Positions 1 to 11,733 of a stretch of 38,136 nucleotides of DNA are shown in pieces; within the stretch, counting starts at the first letter, position 1, and every line of letters starts with the position of its first letter. This DNA is from an uncultured Ardenticatenaceae bacterium (lineage in GTDB: Bacteria > Chloroflexota > Anaerolineae > Promineifilales > Promineifilaceae): NCBI GenBank assembly GCA_964421605.1, contig CAYQYJ010000005.1, positions 1-38,136 of the forward strand. Reading direction: 5' to 3'. The position numbers and the translations under genes were made by a program. Below the pieces are notes generated by a model that was given only the letters and a program-made list of their open reading frames with translations, did no database searches and had not been told where the DNA came from.

Positions 1-99
1 CCCCCCTGGACGGCCTGCCCACCATCCTCTGGCTGTTCAAATGCCGCTTCTGGCAACCACCTACTGCCCCGTAGCCAGGAAAGGACAACTATAGTTAGC

Positions 100-1044
100 A
101 TGATTACCAAAACCGCTGCCGCGCTGCGCCAAAATATCCAGAAAGTTATCGTCGGCAAAGACGACGTGATTGACCTGGCCCTGATCGCCTTGCTGTGCGA
201 AGGCCACTTACTGCTGGAAGACGTGCCGGGCACAGGTAAAACGATGCTGGCGAAAACAATCGCCGCCTCCGTTGGCTGCCGCTTCCGCCGTATCCAGTTC
301 ACCCCCGATCTGCTACCTTCGGACGTAACCGGTATTTACTACTACAACCAGAAAGCGCAGGAGTTTGAATTTCGCCCTGGGCCCATCTTCGCCGAAATTC
401 TGCTGGCGGACGAAATCAATCGCGCCACGCCGCGCACCCAGTCCGCCCTACTCGAAGCGATGCAAGAACGGCAAGTAACGGTAGACATCGCCACCCACCC
501 CCTACCCCGCCCCTTCCTGGTGCTGGCAACGCAAAATCCCATTGAATTGGAAGGCACCTTCCCCCTACCCGAAGCCCAGCTAGACCGATTCTTAATGAAA
601 GTGTACCTGGGATACCCCAGCGCTGCCCAAGAAAACGAGATTGTGCTCCGTTTTGAGCGCAGCGATCCGCTAGAAACGCTGGCCAGCGTGGTCACGCCTG
701 CCGAAATCCTGGCGATGCAGACAGAAGTGCGCGCCGTCCGTGTAGAAACGTCGGTGCGCAACTACCTGGTCAACATCTGCCGCGCCACTCGCGCCCATGC
801 CGACATTGAACTTGGCGCCAGCCCGCGCGCCACCATGGCCCTTTATCGCACCTGCCAGGCGCGCGCCGCCATTGAAGGGCGCGATTTCGTCATTCCCGAT
901 GACGTCAAACACCTGGCCCCCTTTGTCCTCACCCACCGCCTCATGGTCAATCCCCAGACACGTCTGCGCGGTCGCCAGCCGCAAGAGATTATTTTGGACG
1001 TGGTAAACAGTGTGCCCGTGCCCGTAGAAAGCCGGTATGAATAA
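100..1044 (+). CDS. MoxR-family AAA+ ATPase
   Basis: 314-aa ORF. Walker A is DVPGTGKT and Walker B is ILLADEINRA. The overall N-terminal layout (VIVGKDDVIDLALIALL) is typical of MoxR/AAA_3. An AGGAAAGGA SD-like sequence lies upstream of the ATG. Confidence 0.9.
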   Translation: MITKTAAALRQNIQKVIVGKDDVIDLALIALLCEGHLLLEDVPGTGKTMLAKTIAASVGCRFRRIQFTPDLLPSDVTGIYYYNQKAQEFEFRPGPIFAEILLADEINRATPRTQSALLEAMQERQVTVDIATHPLPRPFLVLATQNPIELEGTFPLPEAQLDRFLMKVYLGYPSAAQENEIVLRFERSDPLETLASVVTPAEILAMQTEVRAVRVETSVRNYLVNICRATRAHADIELGASPRATMALYRTCQARAAIEGRDFVIPDDVKHLAPFVLTHRLMVNPQTRLRGRQPQEIILDVVNSVPVPVESRYE

Positions 1045-2500
1045 CCTGGAAAACGTGCAACTGGTGGTGCAGGAAAAGCAGCCAGACCGCAGCAAAGAAG
1101 CGCGTCAGCGTCGGGCCCGCGCCCTGCTGCAAGGGAAGTTGCCCACGTTAGAAGAGACAGCGGAAGCGCGCGGATTGGTCGTGCGAGAGCGGGATAACAG
1201 CATTTTTAGCGACGCCTGGGTGCCCCTGGCGGTTGTTTTTCTGGCGGCGGGGTTTGCTCTAGGACGAAATACGGCGGCGCTGGCCCTGGGGGCGGCGCTG
1301 CTGTTGGTGGTAGCCGTCAGCACATGGTGGAAAAACAACGCACTGGTGAATGTGTCATATGAACGGCATTTTGACCGCACTCACGTCTTCCCAGGGGAGC
1401 CGCTGCACATGACGCTGCACATCTTGAACCTGAAGCCGCTGCCGCTGACCTGGCTGCAATTTCAAGATGAAATACCGATTGCCCCCGAAGAGGCCAGTTC
1501 GCTCTCCAAAGTGCAGGGCGAAACGACCGGACGCTATGTGCTGCAAAATACGTTTTCGATGGCCGGGCATGAGCGCAAGCAACGCACGTTTACGCTGACG
1601 TTTGGGCAGCGCGGCTTTAAGCAGTTGGGCCCCGTCCGCTATAATTCGGGCGATATTTTCACCCTGTTTACCACGCAGCAGATGCGAGATTATCGGGACA
1701 CACTGGTCGTTTACCCGCGCATCTGGCCGTTGGTGGAGTTGGGGCTGCCGGCAAAAGAGCCTTTCGGCCCCCTTACCACTCGTCAAAGCCTGTTTACCGA
1801 CCCGATCAAAACCCAGGGCATCCGCGACTACCATCCCCACGATCGCTTCCGCGACGTCCACTGGAAAGCCACGGCGCGGCGCGGCAGCCTGCAAACCAAA
1901 ATATATGACCCCTCCACAGGCATGAGCCTGGCTATTTTCCTCAACGTTGCCACCATGCCTAAACATTGGCAGGGACACTTCCCCGAACTGCTGGAGCGCG
2001 CCGTCAGCGTGGCTGGCTCCATCGCCAGCTACGCCGCTGAGCAGAAATGGGGCATTGGCCTGTACGCCAACGGCTCTGTGCCCCGCTCTGATCAGCCCAT
2101 TCGCGTGCCGCCGGGGCGCGCCCCAGACCAACTGATGCACATCCTGGAAGCGTTAGCCGCTGTGACCGAGTTTGCCACAGGGGCCATCGAACTGCTGATG
2201 CAGCGGGAAAGCCCGCGCCTGCCCTGGGCCGCCACGCTGGTATTGGTGACGGCTGTGCTGACAGAAGAAATGGCGATTGGCGTGCTGCGCTTAAAGGAAG
2301 CCGGACGGCGCATAGCGCTGCTTTATCTGGGTGAGACCGCGCCGCGATTCCGGCTGGACGGGATCACGCTGTATCATTTGCCGGGGAGCCTGCCGGCATT
2401 CCACACACCCCAACAACCCGCCACCCTGGACGCCATCCCCGCGCCTGCCACCCCCAGCAGCGCCGGCAGCATCCAGTATGCGCAGGAGCCGCCAGGCTAA
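1037..2500 (+). CDS. DUF58 domain-containing protein (MoxR partner)
   Basis: The ATG overlaps the MoxR stop by 8 nt (ATGAATAA). It has an N-terminal TM segment. The DUF58 signature region is GIRDYHPHDRFRDVHWKATARRGSLQTKIYD. Confidence 0.85.
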   Translation: MNNLENVQLVVQEKQPDRSKEARQRRARALLQGKLPTLEETAEARGLVVRERDNSIFSDAWVPLAVVFLAAGFALGRNTAALALGAALLLVVAVSTWWKNNALVNVSYERHFDRTHVFPGEPLHMTLHILNLKPLPLTWLQFQDEIPIAPEEASSLSKVQGETTGRYVLQNTFSMAGHERKQRTFTLTFGQRGFKQLGPVRYNSGDIFTLFTTQQMRDYRDTLVVYPRIWPLVELGLPAKEPFGPLTTRQSLFTDPIKTQGIRDYHPHDRFRDVHWKATARRGSLQTKIYDPSTGMSLAIFLNVATMPKHWQGHFPELLERAVSVAGSIASYAAEQKWGIGLYANGSVPRSDQPIRVPPGRAPDQLMHILEALAAVTEFATGAIELLMQRESPRLPWAATLVLVTAVLTEEMAIGVLRLKEAGRRIALLYLGETAPRFRLDGITLYHLPGSLPAFHTPQQPATLDAIPAPATPSSAGSIQYAQEPPG

Positions 2501-2512
2501 AGGAGCGGCGCC

Positions 2513-4012
2513 GTGAACGTCAGCCTCAGTTCAGCCCCTCCCAAGAGCCTGTGGCGCGGAGCCTGGCGCTACCTGCGCCACGAACTGCTCTATCTAGCCT
2601 GGGCTCTGTCCGAAACGGCCCTCATTGGCTGCCTGGCCGTCGCCGTGACGCCCTGGGCGCGTTACTGGCCCGTTTACCAGCTTGGCTTACTTCTCTTCGT
2701 TTTGATCCTAATCCCGTTTAATGTTGGCCGCCTGCTCGACCTGGGGCAGGTATCCCATTGGCGACAGCAGGCGATTCTGGCTGGCTCCCTGCTGCCCGTG
2801 TTGTTTGTCACCCTGAACCAACTGCTGTACGCGCACAATCCTCAGCCCGGCTTTGCCTGGCTGTCCGCCTTTTATGCCCGGCTAACCCAGTCAGGTAATC
2901 CGTTTTGGATTCGGGACGTCACTGTGGCCGTTCTGGTAACGTTGTGCTGGTCCAGAGGAATCTCGCTGCTGAATCGAGAGGTGGACGTTGACCGCCTGGG
3001 GCTGCGGCTGCGGGTAGGCGCTTTGATCCTGACGCCGCTGTTGATTGTGTTGGCTGGCAATCAGCAGGCTGTACGGGTAGCCCCATTTGTCCTGCTCTTT
3101 TTCCTCTCTAGCCTGGTCGCTGTAGCCCTGACCCGCGCCGAACAAAATGAACAGGTGGATGCGCGTTACAGCCATGCCATGAGTGGGCGCTGGTTTGCGG
3201 TTGTAGCCGCCGCCAGCCTGACGATCACGGTCGTTGCCGGCATTTTTGCCGCCGCCACAGGCAGCAACCCGCTGCTTTTTCTGAACACCTGGTTGGGCCC
3301 GTTGTGGTTGGGTCTCTACTTTGCCATCACCACCGCTATCGCCGCCTTCACGTACGTAGCCCAACCGTTCCTGCTCATCGTTGACTTCCTCATCAACGCC
3401 CTCATCAGCCTGGTGCAGGCCATTCGCGCCTTAATTGCCGGCAACACCGCCCCTCCACCTCCTACAGACAGCGGTACAGAGTTGGGCGGCGGCGTTTTTG
3501 ACGCCCTCGTCGAGTTTTTGTCCGGCGGGAACGTGCCGCGCAGCTTTGGCAACCTGCGCCTCGTGCTGCTCATCCTCATCATCCTGGTCATTCTGGTCGC
3601 CGCCATTGGCTTAAGCAGCATCTTTGCCCGTCGTCGCCTGAACCAGGCCGAAGATGGCGAGTTCTGGCTGGAACAAAACGATACCCAGCCAGAAGCCAAC
3701 CGTTTGCGCCGCCTGTGGCAGCGCTTGAGCGGTAGCAGCCGCCGCCGCGTCGCCGCCTCCATCCGCCGCGTTTACCAACAAATGTGCGACGCTGCCGACG
3801 CCTATGGCTACCCCCGTCTGGAGGCGGAAACCCCTTACGAATACCTGGCTTCATTAAGTCACGTCTGGCCCCAGGGCGTACCGCAAACGACCCTCATCAC
3901 CCAGGCATACGTGCGCGCCCGTTACGGTGAAATCCCGGAAACGCGGCAGGAACTGGCGCAAATCATGGCTGCCTGGCAGCATTTGCTGGCGACGCTGCCC
4001 CAAAAGGAATGA
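2513..4012 (+). CDS. Polytopic membrane protein with C-terminal DUF4129-like domain
   Basis: GTG start 7 nt after AGGAG. There are many hydrophobic helices. The C-terminal segment IRRVYQQMCDAADAYGYPRLEAETPYEYL...AYVRARYGE resembles DUF4129. I could not recognise a transglutaminase Cys-His-Asp core. Confidence 0.7.
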   Translation: MNVSLSSAPPKSLWRGAWRYLRHELLYLAWALSETALIGCLAVAVTPWARYWPVYQLGLLLFVLILIPFNVGRLLDLGQVSHWRQQAILAGSLLPVLFVTLNQLLYAHNPQPGFAWLSAFYARLTQSGNPFWIRDVTVAVLVTLCWSRGISLLNREVDVDRLGLRLRVGALILTPLLIVLAGNQQAVRVAPFVLLFFLSSLVAVALTRAEQNEQVDARYSHAMSGRWFAVVAAASLTITVVAGIFAAATGSNPLLFLNTWLGPLWLGLYFAITTAIAAFTYVAQPFLLIVDFLINALISLVQAIRALIAGNTAPPPPTDSGTELGGGVFDALVEFLSGGNVPRSFGNLRLVLLILIILVILVAAIGLSSIFARRRLNQAEDGEFWLEQNDTQPEANRLRRLWQRLSGSSRRRVAASIRRVYQQMCDAADAYGYPRLEAETPYEYLASLSHVWPQGVPQTTLITQAYVRARYGEIPETRQELAQIMAAWQHLLATLPQKE

Positions 4013-4032
4013 ATGGGGTCCTGGCATCCCGT

Positions 4033-4061
4033 TTGACAGTCAAAAATCGTTATGATAATAT
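4033..4061 (+). promoter_or_regulatory. Sigma-70-type promoter for the Roadblock gene
   Basis: TTGACA (4033-4038), a 17-nt spacer, then an extended -10 TGaTAATAT (TAATAT 4056-4061). A GGCTAAC/GTTAGCC leader hairpin (4074-4106) and a GGAG SD lie before the ATG at 4135. Confidence 0.55.
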
Positions 4062-4134
4062 CCCCTGGCAACGGGCTAACATAATATGACTCTCTGGACG
4101 TTAGCCTGATTCACTCTACCACGAGGAGTTCTAC

Positions 4135-6293
<2,159 letters not shown>

Positions 6294-6313
6294 AAAGATA
6301 CAGGAACGGTTTC

Positions 6314-7288
6314 ATGGAAATTATTCTGGGTCTTTTTTCAGTTGGGACCATCATTCTCCTGGCAAATTGGGTAGAGAAACAGGCAAACGACTGGTTCCAT
6401 CGGTTTTATGAATGGATGCTGCTGGCTTTTAACGTGCCGGCATTCCTCCTCGGCGTCACCCTCTCAATCGTGCCGAACCAGCGCCTGACAGACGTCATGC
6501 AGCTCGATCTCGACTTTACCTCCCTGGGAGCCTGGCTCATTGTCATGGCGATTTGGGGCAGTCTGGCCGCCCTGCCTGGCTTCCGCCGCTTTCTCAGCCG
6601 CTGGAGCAAAACGTTTAACCCCAACTCCGCCGTCCATGCCACCGCCCTGGCGCTGACAGGCTACCTGATTGGCAACACCCTGGCTACGCTCAGTCAAGGC
6701 GGCCTGGAAGGGTTAGCCATGACCGCGGAAGAAGCCTCGCTGCTGGATGTTCTCGCTTCGCAGTTCCTTTTTGCTGCCCTGGCCTTAATGGGCGTGGGTA
6801 TCTTTATCCGTCGGGGGGGCAGCAGCCTGCGTCAGCGGTTAGGTTTGGAACGTCCCACCCGCGCCCAGCTTTTCCTGGGACTCTCCGCCATTCTGGTGTT
6901 GGTCGTAGCCCAGGCAGTTGCCGGCTACGCCTGGACCCTTATTGACCCACAGCAAGCAGAACTGCTAGATGAGATCAGCGCCACCTTGTTGGGCGACATT
7001 GACAGCGTATGGGAATGGTTCCTGCTGGCTCTGGCTACAGGCTTTGGCGAAGAACTACTTTTTCGCGGCGCCCTACAGCCAATTTTCGGCCTCACCGCTA
7101 CTTCCCTCATTTTTGCCATTGCCCACGTGCAATATGGCCTCACCCCTGTTACTGTTTTTGTCTTCTTCCTGGCCCTCGTGCTCGGCCTCATCCGCCACCG
7201 CACCAACACCACCGTCGCCATCTTCGTCCACTTTGGCTACAACTTCACCCTCGGCCTCCTGGCACTCCTGGCTGTGGCTCTGCAATAA
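6314..7288 (+). CDS. CPBP-family intramembrane glutamic endopeptidase (CAAX protease-like)
   Basis: Multi-TM protein carrying the three family motifs: GFGEELLFRG, FAIAHVQY and HFGYNF. Confidence 0.85.
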   Translation: MEIILGLFSVGTIILLANWVEKQANDWFHRFYEWMLLAFNVPAFLLGVTLSIVPNQRLTDVMQLDLDFTSLGAWLIVMAIWGSLAALPGFRRFLSRWSKTFNPNSAVHATALALTGYLIGNTLATLSQGGLEGLAMTAEEASLLDVLASQFLFAALALMGVGIFIRRGGSSLRQRLGLERPTRAQLFLGLSAILVLVVAQAVAGYAWTLIDPQQAELLDEISATLLGDIDSVWEWFLLALATGFGEELLFRGALQPIFGLTATSLIFAIAHVQYGLTPVTVFVFFLALVLGLIRHRTNTTVAIFVHFGYNFTLGLLALLAVALQ

Positions 7289-7289
7289 T

Positions 7290-8975
7290 CTAGTTTTTTC
7301 TCTCTCCCTCCAGACGTCCGTTGGGTTGGGGGCGAGTTTCGGTGTTAATCAGTTGGCCGTCTTTCAGTTCAAACACCTGGTCTACGGCCTCCATTACTTT
7401 GGGGTCATGACTGGCAATGACGACGGTGATACCTGTTTCTTGCACAATGCGGCGCAGCAGGGCAATGATATTAGTCCCCGTAATGGTATCTAGCTGACCA
7501 GTCGGCTCATCCGCCAGGATGAGAGAGGGCTGGTTCACCAGCGCCCGCGCAAGGGCGACGCGCTGCTGCTCTCCGCCAGAGAGTTCATAAGTGCGGTGGC
7601 GGGCGCGTTCGGCTAATCCCACCAGTTTCAACGCATTCTGGACACGCTCGCGTCGCTCTTTGCGCCCCACGCGCAGCAAGCGCAGCGGCACTTCCACGTT
7701 TTCCTGGGCTGAAAGATAAGGCAGCAGCCCAAAAGTCTGGAACACGAAGCCTATCTGGCGACGGCGCAAGTCAACGCGCTCCGCCGCCGACAGTTCGCTT
7801 AATTTTTGCCCGGCCACGATGACTTCCCCTTCCGTGGGCTCATCCAGACCAGCTATCAGGTTTAACAGCGTGGTTTTGCCAGAACCAGAGGGGCCTTTCA
7901 CCACGACCATTTTACCGCTGGCAATTTCCATAGTGACGCCGTCTACCGCATGTACCTCTTCTACGCCTAAATGGAAGACCCGCCGCAGGTCGTGCGTGGC
8001 GACTGCCGGCATATCATCCCCCCGTTTCGTCGTTTGCAGCGTAACCGGACCATCTTTGCGCTGCCAGAACATCGTCTCCTCTGGTTCTACCTCCAGACGG
8101 GCAATTTTGGACAGTTCATCCGGCCAAACCGAGACGTGATCCTTTTCCAGCCGCACCTTTACCCGCCCGCGTATCCCCAAAGATTCCACATACACTTTGG
8201 GCAACTGCAAGCGCCCCGCCTGATCCATAATCACCCACTCTTCATGTTCCAGTTCCCCATTTTCCATGCGCCGGACGCGGCGTAGTTCGGTGCTGGTACG
8301 ACCATCTCGAATGCCCACCACACGATTGACGTGATTGGACACCTTGGGATCATGCGTCACCACAATGATAGTTGTCTGGTACGCTTCGTTCAGGCGACGC
8401 AGCGCCAGAAAGATACTCTCCGCCGAAACGGAATCCACCTGACCCGTGGGTTCATCCGCCAGCAGCAATGGCGGATTGTTAGCCAGGGCAATCGCCAGGG
8501 CCACCCGCTGCTGCTGCCCGCCAGAGAGACGATCGGGGCGAAAACTGGCGCGATCCGACAGCCCTACCATTTCCAGCAGTTCCAGCGCCCGCTCGCGCCG
8601 CCGCCGCCCATCCTGTTCGCCCAACATCATGGGCATCTCTACATTCTCTTGCGCCGTCAGATAAGGCAGCAGGTTGCGAGCAGGCTGCTGCCAGACAAAA
8701 CCGACTACTTGCCGCTGATATTGGGTGCGTTCGTTCTGATTCAGGTTGAGCAAATCGTGACCATCAACCGTAATAGACCCGGCGCTGGGCGTATCCAGGC
8801 CGCCGATAATGTTTAGCAGGGTAGATTTACCCGATCCCGACGCGCCTACCAGAGCCATCATGTCGCCGCGGGCAATTTGCAGATCCAGCCCTTGCAGCGC
8901 CACGACTTCCAGGTCGGCTACTTTGTAGATTTTTACCAGATTGTCACAGTGGATAAACAGATTGTCCTGTTCCAT
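7290..8975 (-). CDS. Tandem (fused double) ABC transporter ATP-binding protein, MacB/LolD/FtsE-type
   Basis: It contains two complete NBDs. NBD1 has [21 protein letters not shown] and [15 protein letters not shown]2 has [21 protein letters not shown] and [13 protein letters not shown] linker of about 95 aa joins them. Start chosen at the ATG at 8975 ([13 protein letters not shown]), which has AGGAA upstream; the ORF-track start at 9062 would overlap the upstream gene. Confidence 0.9.
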   Translation of the reverse strand: MEQDNLFIHCDNLVKIYKVADLEVVALQGLDLQIARGDMMALVGASGSGKSTLLNIIGGLDTPSAGSITVDGHDLLNLNQNERTQYQRQVVGFVWQQPARNLLPYLTAQENVEMPMMLGEQDGRRRRERALELLEMVGLSDRASFRPDRLSGGQQQRVALAIALANNPPLLLADEPTGQVDSVSAESIFLALRRLNEAYQTTIIVVTHDPKVSNHVNRVVGIRDGRTSTELRRVRRMENGELEHEEWVIMDQAGRLQLPKVYVESLGIRGRVKVRLEKDHVSVWPDELSKIARLEVEPEETMFWQRKDGPVTLQTTKRGDDMPAVATHDLRRVFHLGVEEVHAVDGVTMEIASGKMVVVKGPSGSGKTTLLNLIAGLDEPTEGEVIVAGQKLSELSAAERVDLRRRQIGFVFQTFGLLPYLSAQENVEVPLRLLRVGRKERRERVQNALKLVGLAERARHRTYELSGGEQQRVALARALVNQPSLILADEPTGQLDTITGTNIIALLRRIVQETGITVVIASHDPKVMEAVDQVFELKDGQLINTETRPQPNGRLEGERKN

Positions 8976-9021
8976 TACGGTTGTTCCTGAAAAACCAAGC
9001 GGAGCGACAAACCCGCTGCCG

Positions 9022-11733
9022 CTATTCATCCCCAATGCGCATGACGCGGTGGATGCCGGCATGTAACAAAGCCAACAGCATCAACGCCAACGCCAGCGCA
9101 TAAACCAACAGCAACCCGCCATACAGGGTAAAAACGCTGCGCCAGTTAATAATAATTGCGTGGACAAAGCCGCCGCCAATGGCATCCTGCAAAACCAGCA
9201 GCATAAAAGGGCGCATCACGTAAGCCAGACCCAGCCCAATAGCTGTGCCGCTCAACACCCCCAGCAACAAAGTAATAACGCCTTCCAACGTCAGCAAAGC
9301 CAGCAGTTGCCCGGTAGCCATGCCCGCTGCCCGCAGCACGCCAAACTCAAAAAGACGGGCATGGGCGGCAAAATAATGCACCAACAAGAAAATAAGGACG
9401 CTGAGGATGCCCAAAGTCAGCGCGTTCAAGTTAAAGGCGCCAATGGTCTCCTGTGCTACCAGGCCCGACTGAAACGCCTGAAGCCGCGCCTGCGACGTAC
9501 CTAACAAGGTGACGCCAGCAGGCAGCGCCGTCGCCACCTCAGCCTGCTGTTCTGCCGGCACGTCCAGCCACAGTTCGCGCGCGCCGCCATCCGGCCCCTG
9601 TAGCTGCACAATGTCTACCTGGCTGGCTAATGCCGGCAAACTCGCCACAAAAAACGGCAGCGGTTGGCTGCCCGTAGACAGCCGCGGGAAATTGCGAATA
9701 ATCCCCCGAACCTCAAACGTCAAATTTTGCTCGCCAATACGGTACACCACCAGGTCCCCAATTTGCCTGTCCTGCGGCGGGAAGTTCTCCGACACCACGG
9801 CGGGAATCGTGCGGCCAATCGGCTGCTGCAGCACCTCCATAATGTCGGGAATGCGCAGGCGGGTGACGGCTGGCGGGAAACTGGTCACCTGCGGCAGCGT
9901 CTCTGGATCCACAAACAGACCCGTAACGCTGACGCCAGCCGACGTACTCAGCCGCGCCCGGCTGCGATAGACAGGCGATGCAAAGCGTACTCCCTCCAGG
10001 CTGCTGATTGTCTCTGTTTGCGCGGCGGCTACTTCAGGGGATAACGCCAACTGCACGCGCATATCGGCCCCGTTGAAATAGAGGGCAAACTCCTCCTGCC
10101 GCTGCGTAACCGAGTAGGCAAAAGCGCTGGCAAATAAAGTCAGCGCGGCGGAGATGCTGACCAACAATACCACCCGCCCTGGACCAACAGGCGAACGTGC
10201 CAGGCGGGTAAATCCCAACGGCAGCACCAGATCGCGCCGCCCGCGCGTCAGCCAGGCTGCCAGGCGAATCAGAATAGGGAACAGGCGCAGCAAAATAAGA
10301 GCCACCGAAATCAACAACACCGACGGGCCCAACAGCAGCAGCGGATCAGCCACCTGCTCCTGGCCTGTGCCTAAGACAAAGCTGCCGCGCTGGCTAAGCT
10401 GCCAGTATGCCACGCCGCCCAACGCCAACAGGAACAGGTCTACGCCCGCCCGCTGCCAGCCGGTACGACCAGGCGGTCGAGCGACGCTCTGCTGCCAGAT
10501 CAGCAAATTGCGCTGCGACGCCCAATAGACAGACCCGGTAATCACCAGCCAGCCCACCGCTGCCCCGGCTATAGTCAATTGCCAGGACGCCGCGGGAATG
10601 ATCTGGGGCGGCGGGGCAGCCACCGTCTGCGCCCACAATCCCACCAACCAGCGGGCCAACAGCGGTCCCAACGCCAGCGCGGTCAGGCTCATCAAGACGG
10701 CTTCTATGGCAAAAACAGCCGTTATTTGACGGCTGGCAAAACCGCGTCCAGCCAGTATAGCCAGTTCCGCCCGCGATTGATCCAGCATGAAGCCCGTCAT
10801 CGTCATCAGGGTGTACACTACAAATAAGAAGGATTGCGCCGTCAACAGGAAGAGCGACAGGCGGGCGGTAGCCAGTTGAACCTGATAATTGTCAATAATG
10901 GGAACCAACCCGGTAGCCAGGCGCACATTGGCTTGTGAAGCCAGCAAGTTGTTCAGCGCCATCTGCACTTCCGTGGCGTTGGCTAACGTAATCAACTCCC
11001 AATTGATGAAAATGCGCCACGTTTCGGTAAAAGAGAAGTATGCATTCATGGATTCCAGCGGCAGAATCATAGACAGAATGACAGTGTCCTCCCGGTTGCC
11101 GCCAGGAATGCGTTCCAGTTCAAAGGGGAGAAGGTCCTCAAACCAGTAATCGGCGGTCGGGTCAGTCGGGGCGATAATGCCCACAATTTCGGCTTTAACT
11201 TGCTGGTCTGGACTGGCGACGCTATCGCCTACATTCAAGCCATAGGCAGCAGCAGCCGTTTGCCCGATGACGACTTCCATCGTCGGCAGACGCAGCGGGT
11301 TTGTTTGGGCCACAAACTCAGGCAATCGCCCGCTGACTAACTCGACGTGATTGTGGTATTCATCCAGCGAGAAAAAGCGCATAAAGAAAAATTCAGGGAC
11401 CGCCCGCTGATTGCCATCGGGTAGATTAATCCTTTGCGCCAGTTCAATGGGGTCTACCACGCGCAGGCGTACCCGTCGATCATATAAGGGCCCCAGAATG
11501 TCGCGCAACTCCTGGAACAGACGGCCGCTCAAGTCACCGTCTACCTGCAGGTGACGAGCCAGCGGCGCAGCCTCTGTTAAGGTCTGGCGCAAACTGCGGT
11601 CGGCAATGGCGGACGTGTACATGGGCAGCCCGGCTAACAGGCTAACTGTCAGCAGCAAAATAAGCAGCACAAACAGGTTGAGCCGCCAGTGGCGCATGAG
11701 ATGGCGCAGGGCAAACTTGAGCAGCATAGTCAC
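9022..11733 (-). CDS. ABC transporter permease with two FtsX domains and large extracytoplasmic regions
   Basis: 903 aa. The N-terminus MLLKFALRHLMRHWRLN is typical of FtsX/MacB permeases. Two FtsX-type modules are present (RAELAILAGRGFASRQI... and FEFGVLRAAGMATGQL...). Start is GTG at 11733 or ATG at 11727. Confidence 0.85.
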   Translation of the reverse strand: MTMLLKFALRHLMRHWRLNLFVLLILLLTVSLLAGLPMYTSAIADRSLRQTLTEAAPLARHLQVDGDLSGRLFQELRDILGPLYDRRVRLRVVDPIELAQRINLPDGNQRAVPEFFFMRFFSLDEYHNHVELVSGRLPEFVAQTNPLRLPTMEVVIGQTAAAAYGLNVGDSVASPDQQVKAEIVGIIAPTDPTADYWFEDLLPFELERIPGGNREDTVILSMILPLESMNAYFSFTETWRIFINWELITLANATEVQMALNNLLASQANVRLATGLVPIIDNYQVQLATARLSLFLLTAQSFLFVVYTLMTMTGFMLDQSRAELAILAGRGFASRQITAVFAIEAVLMSLTALALGPLLARWLVGLWAQTVAAPPPQIIPAASWQLTIAGAAVGWLVITGSVYWASQRNLLIWQQSVARPPGRTGWQRAGVDLFLLALGGVAYWQLSQRGSFVLGTGQEQVADPLLLLGPSVLLISVALILLRLFPILIRLAAWLTRGRRDLVLPLGFTRLARSPVGPGRVVLLVSISAALTLFASAFAYSVTQRQEEFALYFNGADMRVQLALSPEVAAAQTETISSLEGVRFASPVYRSRARLSTSAGVSVTGLFVDPETLPQVTSFPPAVTRLRIPDIMEVLQQPIGRTIPAVVSENFPPQDRQIGDLVVYRIGEQNLTFEVRGIIRNFPRLSTGSQPLPFFVASLPALASQVDIVQLQGPDGGARELWLDVPAEQQAEVATALPAGVTLLGTSQARLQAFQSGLVAQETIGAFNLNALTLGILSVLIFLLVHYFAAHARLFEFGVLRAAGMATGQLLALLTLEGVITLLLGVLSGTAIGLGLAYVMRPFMLLVLQDAIGGGFVHAIIINWRSVFTLYGGLLLVYALALALMLLALLHAGIHRVMRIGDE

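Noticed and set aside
1-74. Possible 3' end of an upstream plus-strand gene (frame 3, ...LDGLPTILWLFKCRFWQPPTAP-stop at 72-74).
   Set aside because: Only 23 codons are visible. GC3-rich codons are suggestive, but no family can be assigned, and another frame is also open to position 91.
342-761. 139-aa ORF antisense to the MoxR gene. Many similar antisense or out-of-frame ORFs occur throughout the track, e.g. 670-1095, 1355-2140, 4605-5402, 5439-6194, 8331-8816, 16884-17519, 22788-23448, 29925-30470, 31084-31650, 32648-33190, 33339-34094 and 34922-35722.
   Set aside because: These are shadow ORFs typical of GC-rich DNA. They overlap confidently assigned genes, their translations are Arg/Ala/Pro/Gly-rich and low in complexity, and they match no recognisable family.
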